This document shows, piece after piece, positions 12,110 to 37,608 of a DNA stretch of 64,000 nt; position 1 is the first letter of the stretch, and each line of letters opens with the position of its first letter. Made by a program: the position numbers and the translations under genes. The notes below the pieces were generated by a model that made no database searches, had not been told where the DNA came from, and saw nothing but the letters and a program-made list of their open reading frames with translations. Source of the DNA: Phoronis australis (taxonomy: Eukaryota; Animalia; Phoronida). The stretch is taken from positions 810,570-874,569 of the forward strand of contig NMRA01000129.1 of the NCBI GenBank assembly GCA_002633005.1, in the 5' to 3' direction.

Positions 12110-15100
12110 CTGTATCCAGTTTGGGTGAATAGACGAAGTTTGAGCTCACAGAATGATACAGTGGGTGTATACAGCAGTATAAAAATTAATAATCCAGCCG
12201 GTCAGGTGAGCTGATGTTTACCTGGCTAACACTGCCTGCATGTCAGCTATGGCCCATATATATATACAGAAATACATATAAATCAACAGTATGATAATGT
12301 ATACAGCTTCAGGGACATTTCTTTTCCATATTTACTCAGGATGCTTGTAAGTAATCCATCAGTCAAACCCAGTAAATAGTATCCATGTTCAGGGCCACAA
12401 AAATCAGTTAGTCAATGGTGATAGCTTTTATTGCAACATCCTACTACCAACAGTAATACTTTTCAGGACACTATTTACAAAAGACAGTTGGCTCATAGGT
12501 GTGCCACCCTAGAGCTCAACAAGATGTCCGTGTCTGTAGGAACAAGTTCAACAATACTGCAAACAGTACTTTTGGAAGCTGAAGTGATATCTTTACAGTT
12601 CCTGGTACTGGAACTAATAACGAAACCAAAATATCTCTGTGTTATCGAAACAAAAGTACTCTGTGCTTTGACACCTTGAAAACTGAAAGGAATGTCTGAT
12701 ATCTTCCAATTCAGGCAACATGACATCAAAAACCCTTTATGAAGTCAAACTTAAGTTCACAAAGTGCTGGCATAACTGTTTATGTTGCAGCCACTACTTT
12801 GTTCTGAGGGTTAGACAACGTGTGGCACTTTCAATCACCAAAAATACTTAGTAATTTAAAAAACAAAGCTTGAATAATATTGTGATGGGAGCACAATAAT
12901 CCTTCACTGATCGCTAAATGTAATAAATTTTAGAGGCCAGAAACCTACAGGATATGCAGCTAAAGGCAAATGCCATTCTGGGTGAAGAAAAAGGAGGGTC
13001 ATCCCACAGAACATGCATGTAAAATCATCAGCTACATAACACACAATGACATTTATTAAAGTTTCACAAAGCACAGATTTTCTTTCATCACCGTGTTACT
13101 ATCAATTTTCTCTCCCTTGCTGCTTTGGCACTAATTTCGTGCCCTAGAAAAGGAAAATAGGTCAGGCAAACTGTCACGTGCAGAGTTCCTGTTATTTCGA
13201 CTTGAGATGTGAACAAGACTATGCTTCCGCTCTTAAAATCTTTAGAACTTCGAGAAAGAATGGTTCCTTGAAGAATAAATTTGCTGCTTAATATGAGAGG
13301 CTCTGCTAGACTGTAGACCTGGTAAGAGTTAACTTCAACAATTGGGGCATGGAGAAAACGCCAACAGGACAATGTTCGCAGCGACCGGCTATCCGATGAT
13401 CTCTGAATTGCCAATGAAACGGACAAAATTACGAGTGGAGAAAGTTGAAATACAAATCGAAAATAAGGCTCACTCCCACAGACACCGTTTTAAGTTCGGT
13501 GTATCTTATAGGTAAAGTCTCACCAATTCAGGACACAAACAACATGGCAGATAATCAAAATTTATTTTTTCGTTTTCCATAAAAGATAAGCACAAAATAA
13601 ATGCCTCATCAGTCTTCAAGTTCAACATAGCTACATGCCCAGGGTTCTCACATCAATGTTAAAAGCTAATTATTTTTTTTTTCGAAACTGGTGTTTGTAT
13701 ACATAAATGTTCAGAATGCAACGTCTTACAAGAAACTTGTTCTGGCACTAATATGAATGTGAGTCAGCACTGTTCTGAATTACTGCGGCTACGACTACGA
13801 GTGGTGATGTGTCTCCCACCATTTATGATGGTCACGCCACTTGGACCCGGAGTAGAATGCAGTCTTGGAGACTTTTTCCATTCAGCTAATCACAAGGAGA
13901 ATTCTAGTACCTGAATTTTTTCCAAAATCGCGTGCTTGGAATAATCAGAGTGTGCCCAAAACGGCTGCATCCGTATGTATGCCCACAGACAGTTGTGAAG
14001 GGTGTAAGCTTGACTAGGCCCATTGACCACTAATCACTCTCAAAGTGCATTATGCAAAAACTGGCAAAATCCTTAGTTTGATGTCATACTTAACATGAGA
14101 ATACATTTAACGGGCAAAATACTCACATCTATTGGTGGAGGCTTGGACTTTTCTGGAAAAAAGGAAAAAATTAATTAGAGCTAAATAAAACTACTTAATG
14201 TTCAGACATTGCCCATATATTGCACAAACAACACACTTCAAACAATAATCAATACAGCAAAGTAATTATCCAGTTACCTAATGACTCTAGAAATCGATCG
14301 ACAACTCAAATACTAGCTAGGGTGAAACGGACTTCAAGTCACAGATTTCAGAAAGTATATGAAGGCACTTTTAAACAACCAAGAATCTGCAGGCCAGCAG
14401 TGTCACCTGTTGATAAAATACCGGTGATAAAATAGTTTTAAAATACACTCATACCAACTGCATCTTTAAATAATTCCTGTGTGAGCCATTGGCTATTAAT
14501 GGTACAAGAACTTGGTGATCAATAGGTGACTTTTGTGCAAAAAACAACACCTGATGACCGTCGGTCACAACAGAGAGTTGCTGGTGATGACATCATCGTT
14601 ACTACGCAGATTATACAACTGACCAATCCATTTTATAAGCATATGTTTTACATATAGACTAGATGAGGTGGTAAATATGCAAAACGACCGAATCAATGAC
14701 GACTTCCTGGTATTGATCAAGGCCGTTAGACATTGATTGATTTCACGAACTCACAGCCAGTTTGTACCTGGGACTACATTCTTCTATTGACAGCATGTCA
14801 GACTGAATTTGGCCAGCGCAGCTAACTTGGGATTCCATGTTTTTGAACTTTACCGGTATATTGTCCAAAAGTGGTTCGCATGTAAAGTTATTTTGAATAT
14901 CATGTTTTATGCCAGAGCAACATTTTCTTTTGACAGTTAGAAGGGTCACAAAATACAACGTTTTAGAATGCAACAATAAAGAAAATTAAGAGAGGTCAAA
15001 ATGGCTGTATAAATTTACACTTTCCATGGACAAGTGGGCGTAATGTATTCCAGTAATATTCTTGAAAATCTTTTATAGATCATCTACATGTTTGCTTTGG

Positions 15101-17507
15101 TCCCACATTTTGGAGAAAAGATAGAGTGTCAGACCAGTTTTCACTTATTAATGGATACCCCATAATTGATGAACCGTTCAAGATTACCTGTTACAGCAAA
15201 CCTAATACACTAATATGGTTGCTGACCTAGACTGGTTTTTGTAGTACACAGGAAGTTTTTCACTAGATCATGACATGAACATCAGAAAACTTTTGTCTAA
15301 AGTACCTTTCTTATAAACTGAGGTTGATGATATCTGAATTGAATACTTTCAACTCAAACGAATCCTAACTGAGTTATTCTGCTGCTCCGTCAGAAAATTA
15401 CAAATGCTTATTGCATGAGAACAGGAAAAACCAGAAAAATGAAAGTGTGATACAAGGAATGCTATTGTTGTAAAAATTAATTCCAGTGGACCACTGCATT
15501 CAGGTCTCCAGTTAAGCACAAGTTGAACTGCAAAGTGTCCCTGGTTTTATCAATGATGTAAGTGGCCAATGAAACAAGAAGCACAGAAACCCTTCAGAAC
15601 TATTTGTTTCAAGTTGGTCTACAGGAAGAACCTCCCCTTTAAACAAAAAAATGTCCTTCGATAAATCTCCATACTTTGTTTGACAATCAGTTCTTCTACC
15701 AAAGGACTGATAAAGATAACCAAGAGCAACAACAAGGTTAAATGTCAGACTGAATTTTTTTTGTGGGTCGACCTTGCCTTTCGCTCTTTACAGTGCTGTC
15801 ATTCATAAAAGATTCTCTGATAGTAAGTTTATGTCTAAGAGGACTTCCTAAATAAAAGTACAATTATGACAAAATGGTTCTGCATCTGACTCATTTTTAG
15901 ACTTGTGTTCACAGACCTAATAAAAAGGAAGAAACAAATCCCTGCCCGCATCAATTTCAGTAAAGCCTAAATACTTTCAAGCATAGAGGGACACTTTTGA
16001 AAGCCACTGATGCCTTTAATTCAAATATCAGCTTAGTACATGTTGGTGCAACCATGGGGTCATTAGGTGTATTTTTTGTGACCTTTTCATATTACACATA
16101 TATTCTGATGTATCAACAGACAACTGTGATTCTTAGCATTAAACACACTTTTCATAGACTTTGCAATAATTCTTCTAAAAGTGCCTCTAATGCACCAGGA
16201 AAGGGTTAATTAGTGCAAAAACAATCTAATTTTCAAAATGTTATTTCTCCTACATTTTTCAAGGAATTCTCTGCAGGCTCAGAACACAGGTGTAAGCGTA
16301 CATGCCAATAAATATACTACTACACTACTTTCCTAAGCAATCAGGCCATCCAATCAGACTGGTCAAAGGTCATTGAGTGCAAACTTAAATTTTGAACTAG
16401 ACACTTCAGATTTACACATGCGATTGATGCATACACTTTAGTTCTAATTCCAAAGCTTCAGGTCATTTGGTGCAACAATGGGGTTATTAAGTGCATGTTC
16501 CTGAATTTTTTAATACATTTATAGTATTTCATGTTTTTGAATAGTTCTGCTACAGTGCACAAGCCACCAGAAAAGTGTAAACTTTCCAAAAAGTCTCACT
16601 CGAGCAGAGTCATTATTGTCAATTTCTGACCATGATTTTTCTAGTTTGTAACTGTTATTAATTGCACATTTGAAAATGAGTCAAGCAAGGACAATTTTAA
16701 ATAATATTCTGAAAAAGCAAATAACTTTTTGAAAGCTTGCTGACCAGTGCTAACTGATGGTAAGACCACAGTAGCTAATTTGGTACATACACTCAGTTAA
16801 AGTCGAATAGACGGGTCCTTCAAAACGGCTGCCAAAATGGCAAGAACCAGTATTCACTGAATTACGGCCATTACATTTATTGAGTGAAATTGTTTCCTGG
16901 CAGTACACAACCTTTAACCATACACTCTAAGGGAGTGGAACGACTGCATTTCTGCAGTAGCTCACTCTAACGGAAGTTTCGTTCTCAATCTCACCACTAG
17001 GTGACATGCTAGCTACCCTGCGTTTGGCTGCCAACCAATCCTTATTTGAAATGAAAGTGTTGTAATCATCAACATCACTCATCCTCGACCTTCCAGTGGC
17101 GTCTCGTGATTAGTCAGTTTTATGCTTCCCCAGATGTGTTCCTGATAGGTACTGCTGACTCTTTCAATCTCGACAGCCATTGTGTACGGCAGCTTCCTAA
17201 TTGTGAGTTGAAGTTTCAGGTTATCAAGTTTCAAGTAGTACCGTTAGTTGTTTTTACTGGCGAGAACTCTTTGAAAGCCTAGCTATTGAACCTGTGCATA
17301 TACGACAAAACTGACACAACAGCACAAATTCTGTAGATCTTATAAGCATGTGAATGCTCAAACTAGGATTCTAGCATAAATGTCATCCAAATTGTGTCAG
17401 TTTGAAGTGGACCACTGATTCGAATACTTGGTCAGTTGGTGCCAGACCAAGGCAAGGACTAGTAAATTGCCATTGGTTGTGAACACTAGTGATAAACGAA
17501 CACCTAC

Positions 17508-17559
17508 CTTTGGCTTTAGTTCTGTCAATGCCTGCTTGTGTGATGACTTTAGACTCCAT
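17508..17559 (-). CDS. candidate first coding exon of PIP5K1 (MESKVITQAGIDRTKAK)
   Basis: Exon 17508-17600 has a ctgctttag acceptor and AAG/gtaggt donor; ATG in ATCATGG context; reading frame ambiguous. Confidence 0.4.
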
Positions 17560-18329
17560 GATGGGTACAGCAGACACCAAGTCTTCCGACTAATTGAAAT
17601 CTAAAGCAGTAAAGACTTGACTTCCACACTGTCACTATATTTTCAGACTTCAATGGAAAATATCGGTGTGTCCACCAACTTTGTTCCGCACCGTTTTACA
17701 AGTTCACTTACGCTTTACACGAACAAACACAGGGTCTCTTACGATGTGCTCCTCAGAAATTGCGTCTCCCATTCTCATCGACTCTTATCCAACCTATCAG
17801 ACTAAGAAGGACTAAATAAAAGTGCCGGGTAAATTACATGTCGAAACAGAAAGTCCCAATGTTGAGTACTGCGGCCATTTTGCACATGCGCAAAAGCTGA
17901 TTTTACGTCACGCCACAAGTATGGTGGTCAAAGTGTGTTTCGGCCACTCTGAGAATTCATTTAGCACACAGGTTGAGCGCTTTCGAGGCAATGAAATAGA
18001 TCAAAATCATAAAACTTGCAGCCGCTAAATTTAGAGCTATAAACATATTGTCATGTTTAATCCTGACTCAATTTACGTGGAATAACCATTTCACACAGTC
18101 ACTGATATTTTATTTGTTTGACCTGTTTGTTTATTCTGTGTACGGTGAAACCGTACCCATACGTCCAGACAAAATAAATGCACACTCAGATAAAAAATAA
18201 GCTTTGCTAAATATATTAAAAATTATGACACTGTACCTGCAAAATAATGATCCGAACTTCGACCAGGTACTAAACTAAAATTATAGGAAATGGAAATTTA
18301 TAACATCATCAGAGCGAGTAACCAACGAT

Positions 18330-18620
18330 TCGGGACCGGACCCGGCCGTCCCCATCTGACCGTCAGTTGGTTGACACAAAAAAGGAAAAATAAGGGCAGC
18401 GGCAAAACGTTTTTACGGTTAATGCATGTATAGGTTCTGGTGAGTTGTGGCCACCCCCTACTGCCCGCCTCCATTGCGGCAGGCCTTCAGCGGGCGTCCG
18501 CCGCGGAAGCGGGCTCTAGCACCGAGGAGAATGGAAAAGGAATATGAGGTAATTTCAATTCGGCTCGCGATAGGGTGGGCGCGGGATATTTTACTCTCAC
18601 TTGCAAGTATCGTGTCGGGT
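18330..18620. promoter_or_regulatory. GC/CpG-rich island, probable PIP5K1 promoter and first exon
   Basis: Local CpG enrichment against AT-rich background, GC-box-like gggtgggcgcggg, minus-strand donor (cag/gtacag) at 18237 upstream of PIP5K1 exons. Confidence 0.5.
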
Positions 18621-19671
18621 GCCGGGGTATTTTTAATTGGCTTTAATCTGTGCCTTAGAGGAGATCGTCTGTCTGGTCAGTTTAACTGCGTCACATCATG
18701 AGTAAAAATTTTGGGTTACACTTTTAGCACCCCTACTTTAACCAGGATAGCTCTATGCCACATCAAGCTTTATTAGGCCCCAGTCATATGCCTAGGGATG
18801 ATCCTTTGTTGAAGCTGGGGAGGCGTGATCTTGTCACTTTCTCCGCATGCAGAAGATCAGTAATACTTCCTATTCCTAGAACTGTTTATGGTATCCTTTA
18901 TTTGTTCATTTATTTCATTGGTTAATTCGTGTTTCTCAGATCTCTATATATATCACTTTCACTATATTTTAAGTATTATCAGTAGCTTCAGTAGAATGAG
19001 TTGTTTCTCCGCATTGAGAGTTGTTCTCATCATTCGTTGACAGTCTTCAATATACTAGTCAAGATTCTTCTCTTGTGTTCTTGCCTATCCTCGTACACAG
19101 CCAAACCGCATTTTTCCGTGTACTCCCCAAAACGTACGTACAAAAGGTTCTTGCTGGGGCTAATTTGCAAAACCTCTATATTGGCAGCGCACCATAGGGG
19201 TCTGGGTTATAGCCCCCCCCCCCCCCCCCACCACTTTTTTCAGTGCTGCACCGCCCATGCTTTAGCTTAGAATTTCTAGAAGCTAATTTTCGCGATGTCT
19301 TTTTTCAGCATGAATACAAACACAGTTGGATCTCGGGGTTTCAGAATCGGTGAACTATCAATCAACTTTGTTGTGATAAAGGCCATAGGCTCATCGTGCA
19401 AAAGAATGGCATTTAGGGCGTAACCAATGGAACATATTTATACGAAAGGTTAATTATTTGTTTTTTATTACTTTCTGACATCAATTAAATGGTTTTATAT
19501 ACGAAAAGATGCTTACAATAATGCATGTCAATGTACTTTTCTTTAATTTCAGTATATGTATTACAATAAAAAAGAAAATGGTCTTTGTCCTCAATAATTT
19601 TGGGATGGAAGGGACATAACGGCAATCTTCCACATTTGCTTAACACCGCATGGTTTGAGCAGAAATTGGTT

Positions 19672-19928
19672 CATGCGCGCACCCACTGGGGCTCGGGGGG
19701 GTTCGAACGACCCCTCCATTTGACGAAGTGGGTAAAAAGGTCCGCCTTAGAGAAACAAAAAGCCTGAGAAAATGAGACAAATGTCCACTGAAAAGGCGCA
19801 GACGCACAGTTCACAGTCCTGAAAGTGGTACCCCGTTTTTTTAGTCCTCCCGCTTTTTTGTTAGCAAAAGGTCAACTTTGTCAGAAATTCGAGCCCCCCC
19901 CCCAAATTAAAGGCTGGGTGCGCGCATG
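19672..19928. mobile_element. short MITE with 14-bp perfect TIR CATGCGCGCACCCA
   Basis: TIRs at both ends with subterminal G/C runs; same terminus recurs at ~23410. Confidence 0.6.
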
Positions 19929-20121
19929 TAGTTATTTCTAACCTACGTTTACAAAATTTAATACGTTTTCGAGCCAATCGTGTTCCTGGAAGCCTCATAT
20001 TTCGGCTCCATAACACAGTGTAGGGTGAATCATTTTATCAAATATCTCTAAGGCTACACGCGTTTGTAGTTCACGCACTGTTATGTTATCTCATTATCTC
20101 ACCAAGGTTGTTGTGACTTAA

Positions 20122-21452
20122 AGGCGAAGGCAACCTTTTTTCATGTCACTTTTAGCAAAAATAAGGTTCGTTGATTATCCCAAACACATTTTTCACTTAA
20201 TTACAGCTTTTCGTAATTTGATTAATTTCTCGTCCTCTACTCCGGAAGTGACGTTTTGGGAGGCAAGAGTTTCGCGCCAATTTCTTTTCATTATAGTCTG
20301 ACTATGAGAGCTGTCGAGTCAGTCATTGTTCAACCTCGGTTGTGAAAAGTTCGGTCGTCGTTTGCTTTTTTTTACAAGTCAGTCAACATGCCACGCTGTT
20401 GCTGCGTGCCGGGATGTGCTCATTATCGTCTCACACGCGCTTTGTGTACCTTGCGTCGCTTTCCGAAGGATGACACACTTCACCGTACTTTGCTAGCTCG
20501 TTCATGTGAAGAACGCAGCGCTACCCGTCCACGCAACGTACAAAGCAGTGGAGGGTTACCGAGGGTGACAAGCATTTTCTGCCGTCAGAGATTACGACAG
20601 AGATATGTACGCTGAATTGACAAAGGTCCCTGCGAAACAAGGCTTGAAGAAACCGGTACATACCGTGGCTGATGTTGATCCCTGTCGCCAACTCCGAGAA
20701 GTGCGTTTTTGAAGCGAGAAGCCTCGCGAGCTGTGGCCTCTATATATACAGTGACTGGAGGCACTTCATCTACTGTCACCCGTGCCTCCGAACGTACCTC
20801 ACTTCGTGCAGTTCCGGGAACTAGCAGTGATTCGCCCTGTGCTGTTGTCTCCAGCTCAGAGCCTGTAAGCAGCTCTGCAGCGATGTTGAGTAGTGGGAGC
20901 GAATACAGGCCCAGTTCGACACCCAGTGAAGAGGACAGTTCGTCATCCAATGAACAGATCGGTGAGCCTAAGTTTGATACGTTTATTGTGGACTTGTATT
21001 GGAGCTATGATTTAGAAGGTGCCAAGTGTGTGGCGAGGGAGTCACACGGCGGGATGTAAGCAGTTTGGGTGCTCCGATCACCCTCCAGTGGGAGTGTTTC
21101 GCGGGACACTTGGGCAAGTGGGACAGTTCTTCCTCTGTACGTGAGACGATAATGAGTACACCCCAGTACGCAGCAACAGCGTGGCATGTTGACTGACTCG
21201 TAAGCAAAAGCAACCGACGACCGAACTTATCACAGCCGAGGTAGAACAATGACTGACTCGACTGCTCTTACAGTCAGACTATATGAAAAGAAATTGGCGC
21301 GAAATTCTTGCCTTCCAAAACGTCACTTCGGGAGTAGACGACGAGTAATTAAATAAATTACGAAAAGCATTAAATAAGTGAAATATATGTCTGGGATAAT
21401 CAACGAACCTTATTTTTGCTAAAAATGACATGAAAAAAGGTTGTCTTCGCCT
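20122..21452. mobile_element. non-autonomous Kolobok-like DNA transposon with ~315-bp TIRs containing THAP starts
   Basis: TTAA at 20118-20121 and 21453-21456; termini AGGCGAAG...CTTCGCCT; arms ~20122-20435 and ~21141-21452 are inverted copies; both open with MPRCCCV.GC. Confidence 0.85.
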
Positions 21453-23499
21453 TTAAAATCTCCCATTTTAAATTTAAACACTAGCCTTTGAGACCATAAT
21501 TGACACAGCACATTCGAGCTATTACAGCTGCATTTCGCCACTATTTAGCCTTCATTGTTAATTCATACGATTGGATGCTTTGGGTATGGAAATTTTACCA
21601 CGCTCATCTAACCTTGAATTATTGTCAAATAAGCCGGCAACTCAAGTCATTGCGTACATGAGACGCAATTTTAATGTCGATCAACCTCAATAAACTCTGC
21701 AGCGTTTTCGATCCTATGGTCTCGACATTCTTCAATATTGGTAATGGAAATGGCATCCTATCACGCAAAGAGGGAATATCATGAGACCAGTTTTATGAGA
21801 GCAAAAGGCCTTATTCGATTTTCGTTTGTCACAGCTGAGCAGGGCGAACCCCAGCGCTAACTATAATCATAATTTCTTAAATGGCATCAGGTGCAAACTA
21901 GGATTGAAAGTTATCCATCCTTTGTGCACTCAAACATAAAATTAGTAACACTTATCTTAACTTCATACAAAAGAAGAATAGAAAATGGCAATGAAAAATA
22001 ATTTCGTGTTTGATTTCGAGTAAAAGATTAGAACCCGCGGCCCAGAACTAGCAAACACCAAACTCACAGTCCACACCCGTTTCTCTTAACTCGTCCTCAC
22101 ACACGCACTAAAAACACCACAATACCCGGTGACTAAAAGGCCACACCCGTCTCCTGGACTCGATTCCAGCGGCGACCAATTCAGGCAGACTGCGTCGGTC
22201 GGACTCATTGCAAGGCCATGTGCTGTGCTGCCCACAGTCTATGTGTGGTGCACCACAGGGGTGCTATAACACCCACTTTCTCAGTCCTGCGCCGCCCATG
22301 AGGCTTCATATGGGTTGCCTGTCTCCATAGAGTTAAGAAAATTGTGAAAATGCAAGATCAACAAGTTTTTGTGAAATATCACCATACATTACAAACGAAG
22401 CAATTGCGATCCGGTAACACTATTTGGCGGGTGTGTATGCCTTGCCTGTTCTCAGTGCATACGTACGACAAGCGAGAGATAGCTCACCGTAAGCTGACTA
22501 CCAAAAAGTACAGTCAAGGTAGTCAGCTACGAAGTTGTTCACATCAAAATTTGTCAAGTTGACCTTGGAGACATCGGTGGACTTCGAAAATCTTATTTAT
22601 CATACTTATTTCTCTTGGTGTAAAACTAAGATGATTTCAATATCGACTAGTTCATGGAATATGTACAAATTCATGTCTTTCTAAACTAGACGTCTCGGAG
22701 TCCTCTGCTTGTATATTTTGTAAACATAAACTAAGAAGGCCCAGAAACTTGGACATTTTTGTGTCTATAGTGTGAATTTATTAGAACTTTTGGGAAGATG
22801 TTTGACCTTTGCTTGAATGGTAATGGTGATATATTGACGAACGCTAGTATTATTTTTGGAGTAACGATATATATTCAACAACAAATTAAATTTTGATTTT
22901 AGCAAAATATCACATAAACCGTCAAAGATTGGGGGGCGGGGCTTTACCATTTCTTTATGCTTTTGCAAATATTTTATAACAGTACTGCACCACTGCAATT
23001 TTTTTCACGGGACAGCGGCTTGAAAGATTTGGAGATAGACGGTCGAATTTTTCCGACGTTGCGGAAAACTATAGTGAATGATTGAGTGCGTAGCGTGTGA
23101 CATTTAATGAAACGAAATATGTGATAGTAGTCATTATTGAATTCTTTTAATTTGTATCAGTACACGCTCTTGATCTTTGTGTGTGTATATGTGTGCCGGA
23201 TTATTACTCTGGCTTAGCGTATAACTTTTTGAGTTATTCGAAATAAATGTATTTTTAAAAAGTTGTACACAGCAAGCCGCTACTTCAAGTTGCTCTTTGA
23301 CAGTATCAATTTTGTTGCAGAGCCATGCTCAGTGGTAGTCCAATGTTGAATCACTGACCTTTGGGCGGCGTTTTGAGACCTGTAGTCGGGTCTAATACTA
23401 GTTTCACATCATGCGCGCACCCAGCCTAAAAAGTGTGGACTCAAATTTTTGAGAATGTACCTTTTACTAAACAAAAAACAAAAAAACGGAGTACGTTCA

Positions 23500-24070
23500 A
23501 AGCTGTGACTTTTGTGCATTCGCCGAATCTAGTTTCCTGTCTTTTCAGTGGAATTTTGTCTCGTCTACTTTTTTCGGAGTTTTGTTTCTCTGAGGCCGGA
23601 CTTTTTTGCCCACTTCGCCAAATAGGGGAGCTCGTTCAACTTTATAGTGGTAACTACTCTAAATTAATCAGGCGCGCGGGTTGTTAAAGCCGCTTTGAGA
23701 ATACCACTGCTCGGCACTCCGAGTTGTGCCGCACCCGGCCATGACGAGCCTCTATGGTGCCACTGAGCCGTGACAGTACGTGATCCGCTGAACCCGTGGT
23801 CACATTTATCTCGCCTGACTTTCTATATCCTGAGACAGATTGCAAGACGACGCGGTTTTGATTGATTTGATCTAGAACAGATTCTATGACGTAATGAGAC
23901 GGTGAACTCGGGAAATAAGTCGATCATTCACTTTTATGTGGTCGTTAACCCTTGAGCGTAACCTGGTGGTGATGTAAAATACCAAACTATGCATTATGGG
24001 ATAGCACGTACCCATCCATTCATAACGAGACTGTGATGACGTCAGAGGAAGGGAAAACAAGAAACTGCTG
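23500..24070 (+). promoter_or_regulatory. CpG-rich region and probable non-coding first exon of Akt
   Basis: CpG enrichment ending in a consensus donor CTG/gtaagt at 24070/24071; the first coding exon begins at an acceptor (26367), so an upstream UTR exon is required. Confidence 0.5.
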
Positions 24071-26388
24071 GTAAGTGTGTAAATTTACTAAAAATGCGTC
24101 TTGATGTACTGATTAAAAAGATGTCATATTTTGACCAAATATACTTGATGATGTCGTAAACATTCTGGCTGAAAAGGTTTGAGATCTGATGTCGAGAAAC
24201 TGAAAAAATATGCAAAAAAACAACATATTTTCCCAGGCTAATTTGAGATTCTCTTCTCACTGTCCTCTTGTCTGGGCAGTGGTATTAGACCATAGACAAT
24301 ATGCCCTCCTCACCAGCCGGCCACAGCAGAGACGATGATACATTTTAGTTTTGCTTGTATGGGGAAAGCTGTTCGGCAAATTAAGCCTCGCCCTGACTAA
24401 ATCATCAGAAGTCACATTGCATCTTTCGAGTGTACTAGTAGTAATACACACTTCTTATAAATAATCACTGATAACATAGCAGTTAGCACTGGTCGACTTG
24501 AATAATAGTATAGCATATAGTCAATAGGGGTTTCTGATTTCGGAACCAGTTTCATTGACTGAATAGCAGGTCCATTATCCAGTGATTGTCTGGTTCTCAA
24601 AATCAGGGATGACTGGAAAATCTGCCATCACCTGCATGGTTCCCTGCATGAGAGCCAATCATGCACACCGGCGTTAGCTAAGAGGTAAGTGCATTGGAGA
24701 GGCTTTATCCATCATGCCCGGAAGTCGCATAATACAACACCCCTTGCCCTTCTGCGGGACAAGCACACATTCTGGCTACTGGCTATAATAACCTTCCCAT
24801 TACTTTTTGTATGTTTCTGTTTGACCTCGCTCACTTTGGCTGTAATGGAGTTAGGTCATCAATTTAATTGACAGAATGACGGGCTATTAAAAAAATATTG
24901 ATTGCGAGAGTATTTTTTGAGCTGGAAAATTCAAAACTCCATCTGCTTTCAAATGTATCCTTCTAAATTCGAAAGGTGCACATAGTAACGAGAGTTTCAT
25001 AGTTTAGCCAGGGTTAAGCATAATGTGAAGGAACTCTTCCAGCATGCATAATGGATTAGTAGGATGTGTCACCACCTAGTGCCTTTGCTAACTAACAAAG
25101 TCATTAGTGTTGTCATTTTATAATAGTCTTCTGGTATATCTATTTGAGAAGTTAGTACGTTTGTGAATGAATGAACCTGGCGGAAAGAAACCGTGATTGC
25201 AGGAGATCTTGTTCAAGTAAAAACGTTTTACAGACTTTGATGGCTTCAAATGTGTCCTATACTCAAAATAAATTTAGAGCAAAGTGTGTTTGTCATTGAG
25301 CGAATTTAATGCTAGCTGGTATGCACATATCTACTCTTGTTTATTTCGCACACGTCTTAACTGAACAAGTTCTCTTTGGTGAAACTGAAAACAGCATCAC
25401 CCTGAGAGCAGAAATATACTATGGGTTTGGTTGACTCGTGTTACAAATCAACCTTGTCTGACTGTGCTGAAACATTATTTCCATCATTTTGTGTTTCTGT
25501 TGGATGTAGTTGTCTTTATTTACAACACATTCAGAATTCATCTGAATTTGGCCTTGAGATATTTATAATAACGTTACAGGTTATTCTCCAGCACATTGTC
25601 CAAAACACTTGGCTCCCAAATTATAAAGTGAATTTGCCGCCTTTGTAGTTGAAATGTGTAGTGATGACTCATGTTTCACACACTCTTGGAATTTCAATAT
25701 TTCACCTAATGTTACTGCAGACAAATCTAGTTGTAATTTGCCAGAATGTTCCCCTTGTACAAATAGAACTAGGATGTTCAATCATCTCCAGTGTTGACAG
25801 CTTCAGATGAGAGCATTGTTTAGTTTGATACACTATGACTTTCAAAACCTGCTAACATCGAGTTGTTTATGGACTTACAGAGTTTCATGATTTATATTGA
25901 ATTTATGTACAGCAGTAATTTGACCATTTGCAAATTGGTGGGTTAAAAATGAAAATACCTATGGGAAACATTAAAATATTACCATTCTGTTGCAGTTTTG
26001 AAAGGCGACTCACTTGTAGTGATGTGAGAATTAAGCTTGTGTGTATTGTACTGCATGCTACATCTTTATTAGATATTACAAAGCTTGTTTAGGCTTGATT
26101 AAATCCTAGCTACAGGGCTGTGAACAACCTTTCTTGTTTTTTATCTTTTTGGGAATTCCCTGTTATGACAGAGAGCTGATTTTGATTCTTAATGTTGCTT
26201 GCATTCAGCCGTCATGATGGGGAGTTTCATTTTCCCTTAGTCATCATTAAAGAGAAATTGGGTCATGTGTGATTTTTTGGCTTGTACTGTGGTTCCGCGT
26301 TTATTCTATACCAGTGTTGCTTTTGAATTATGAACTTGTTATCACCAGTTGTTTCTTGGTTTCCAGAAGCTGTGTCATTTAATGTGCA

Positions 26389-37608
<11,220 letters not shown>

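Noticed and set aside
13770-13886. Possible extra PIP5K1 exon (AEWKKSPRLHSTPGPSG...RSRSRS)
   Set aside because: Acceptor plausible but no convincing donor and the frame runs to a stop; no homology.
23320-23395. tRNA-like sequence (gctcagtggtag A-box)
   Set aside because: No intact B-box or cloverleaf; at most a decayed SINE head.
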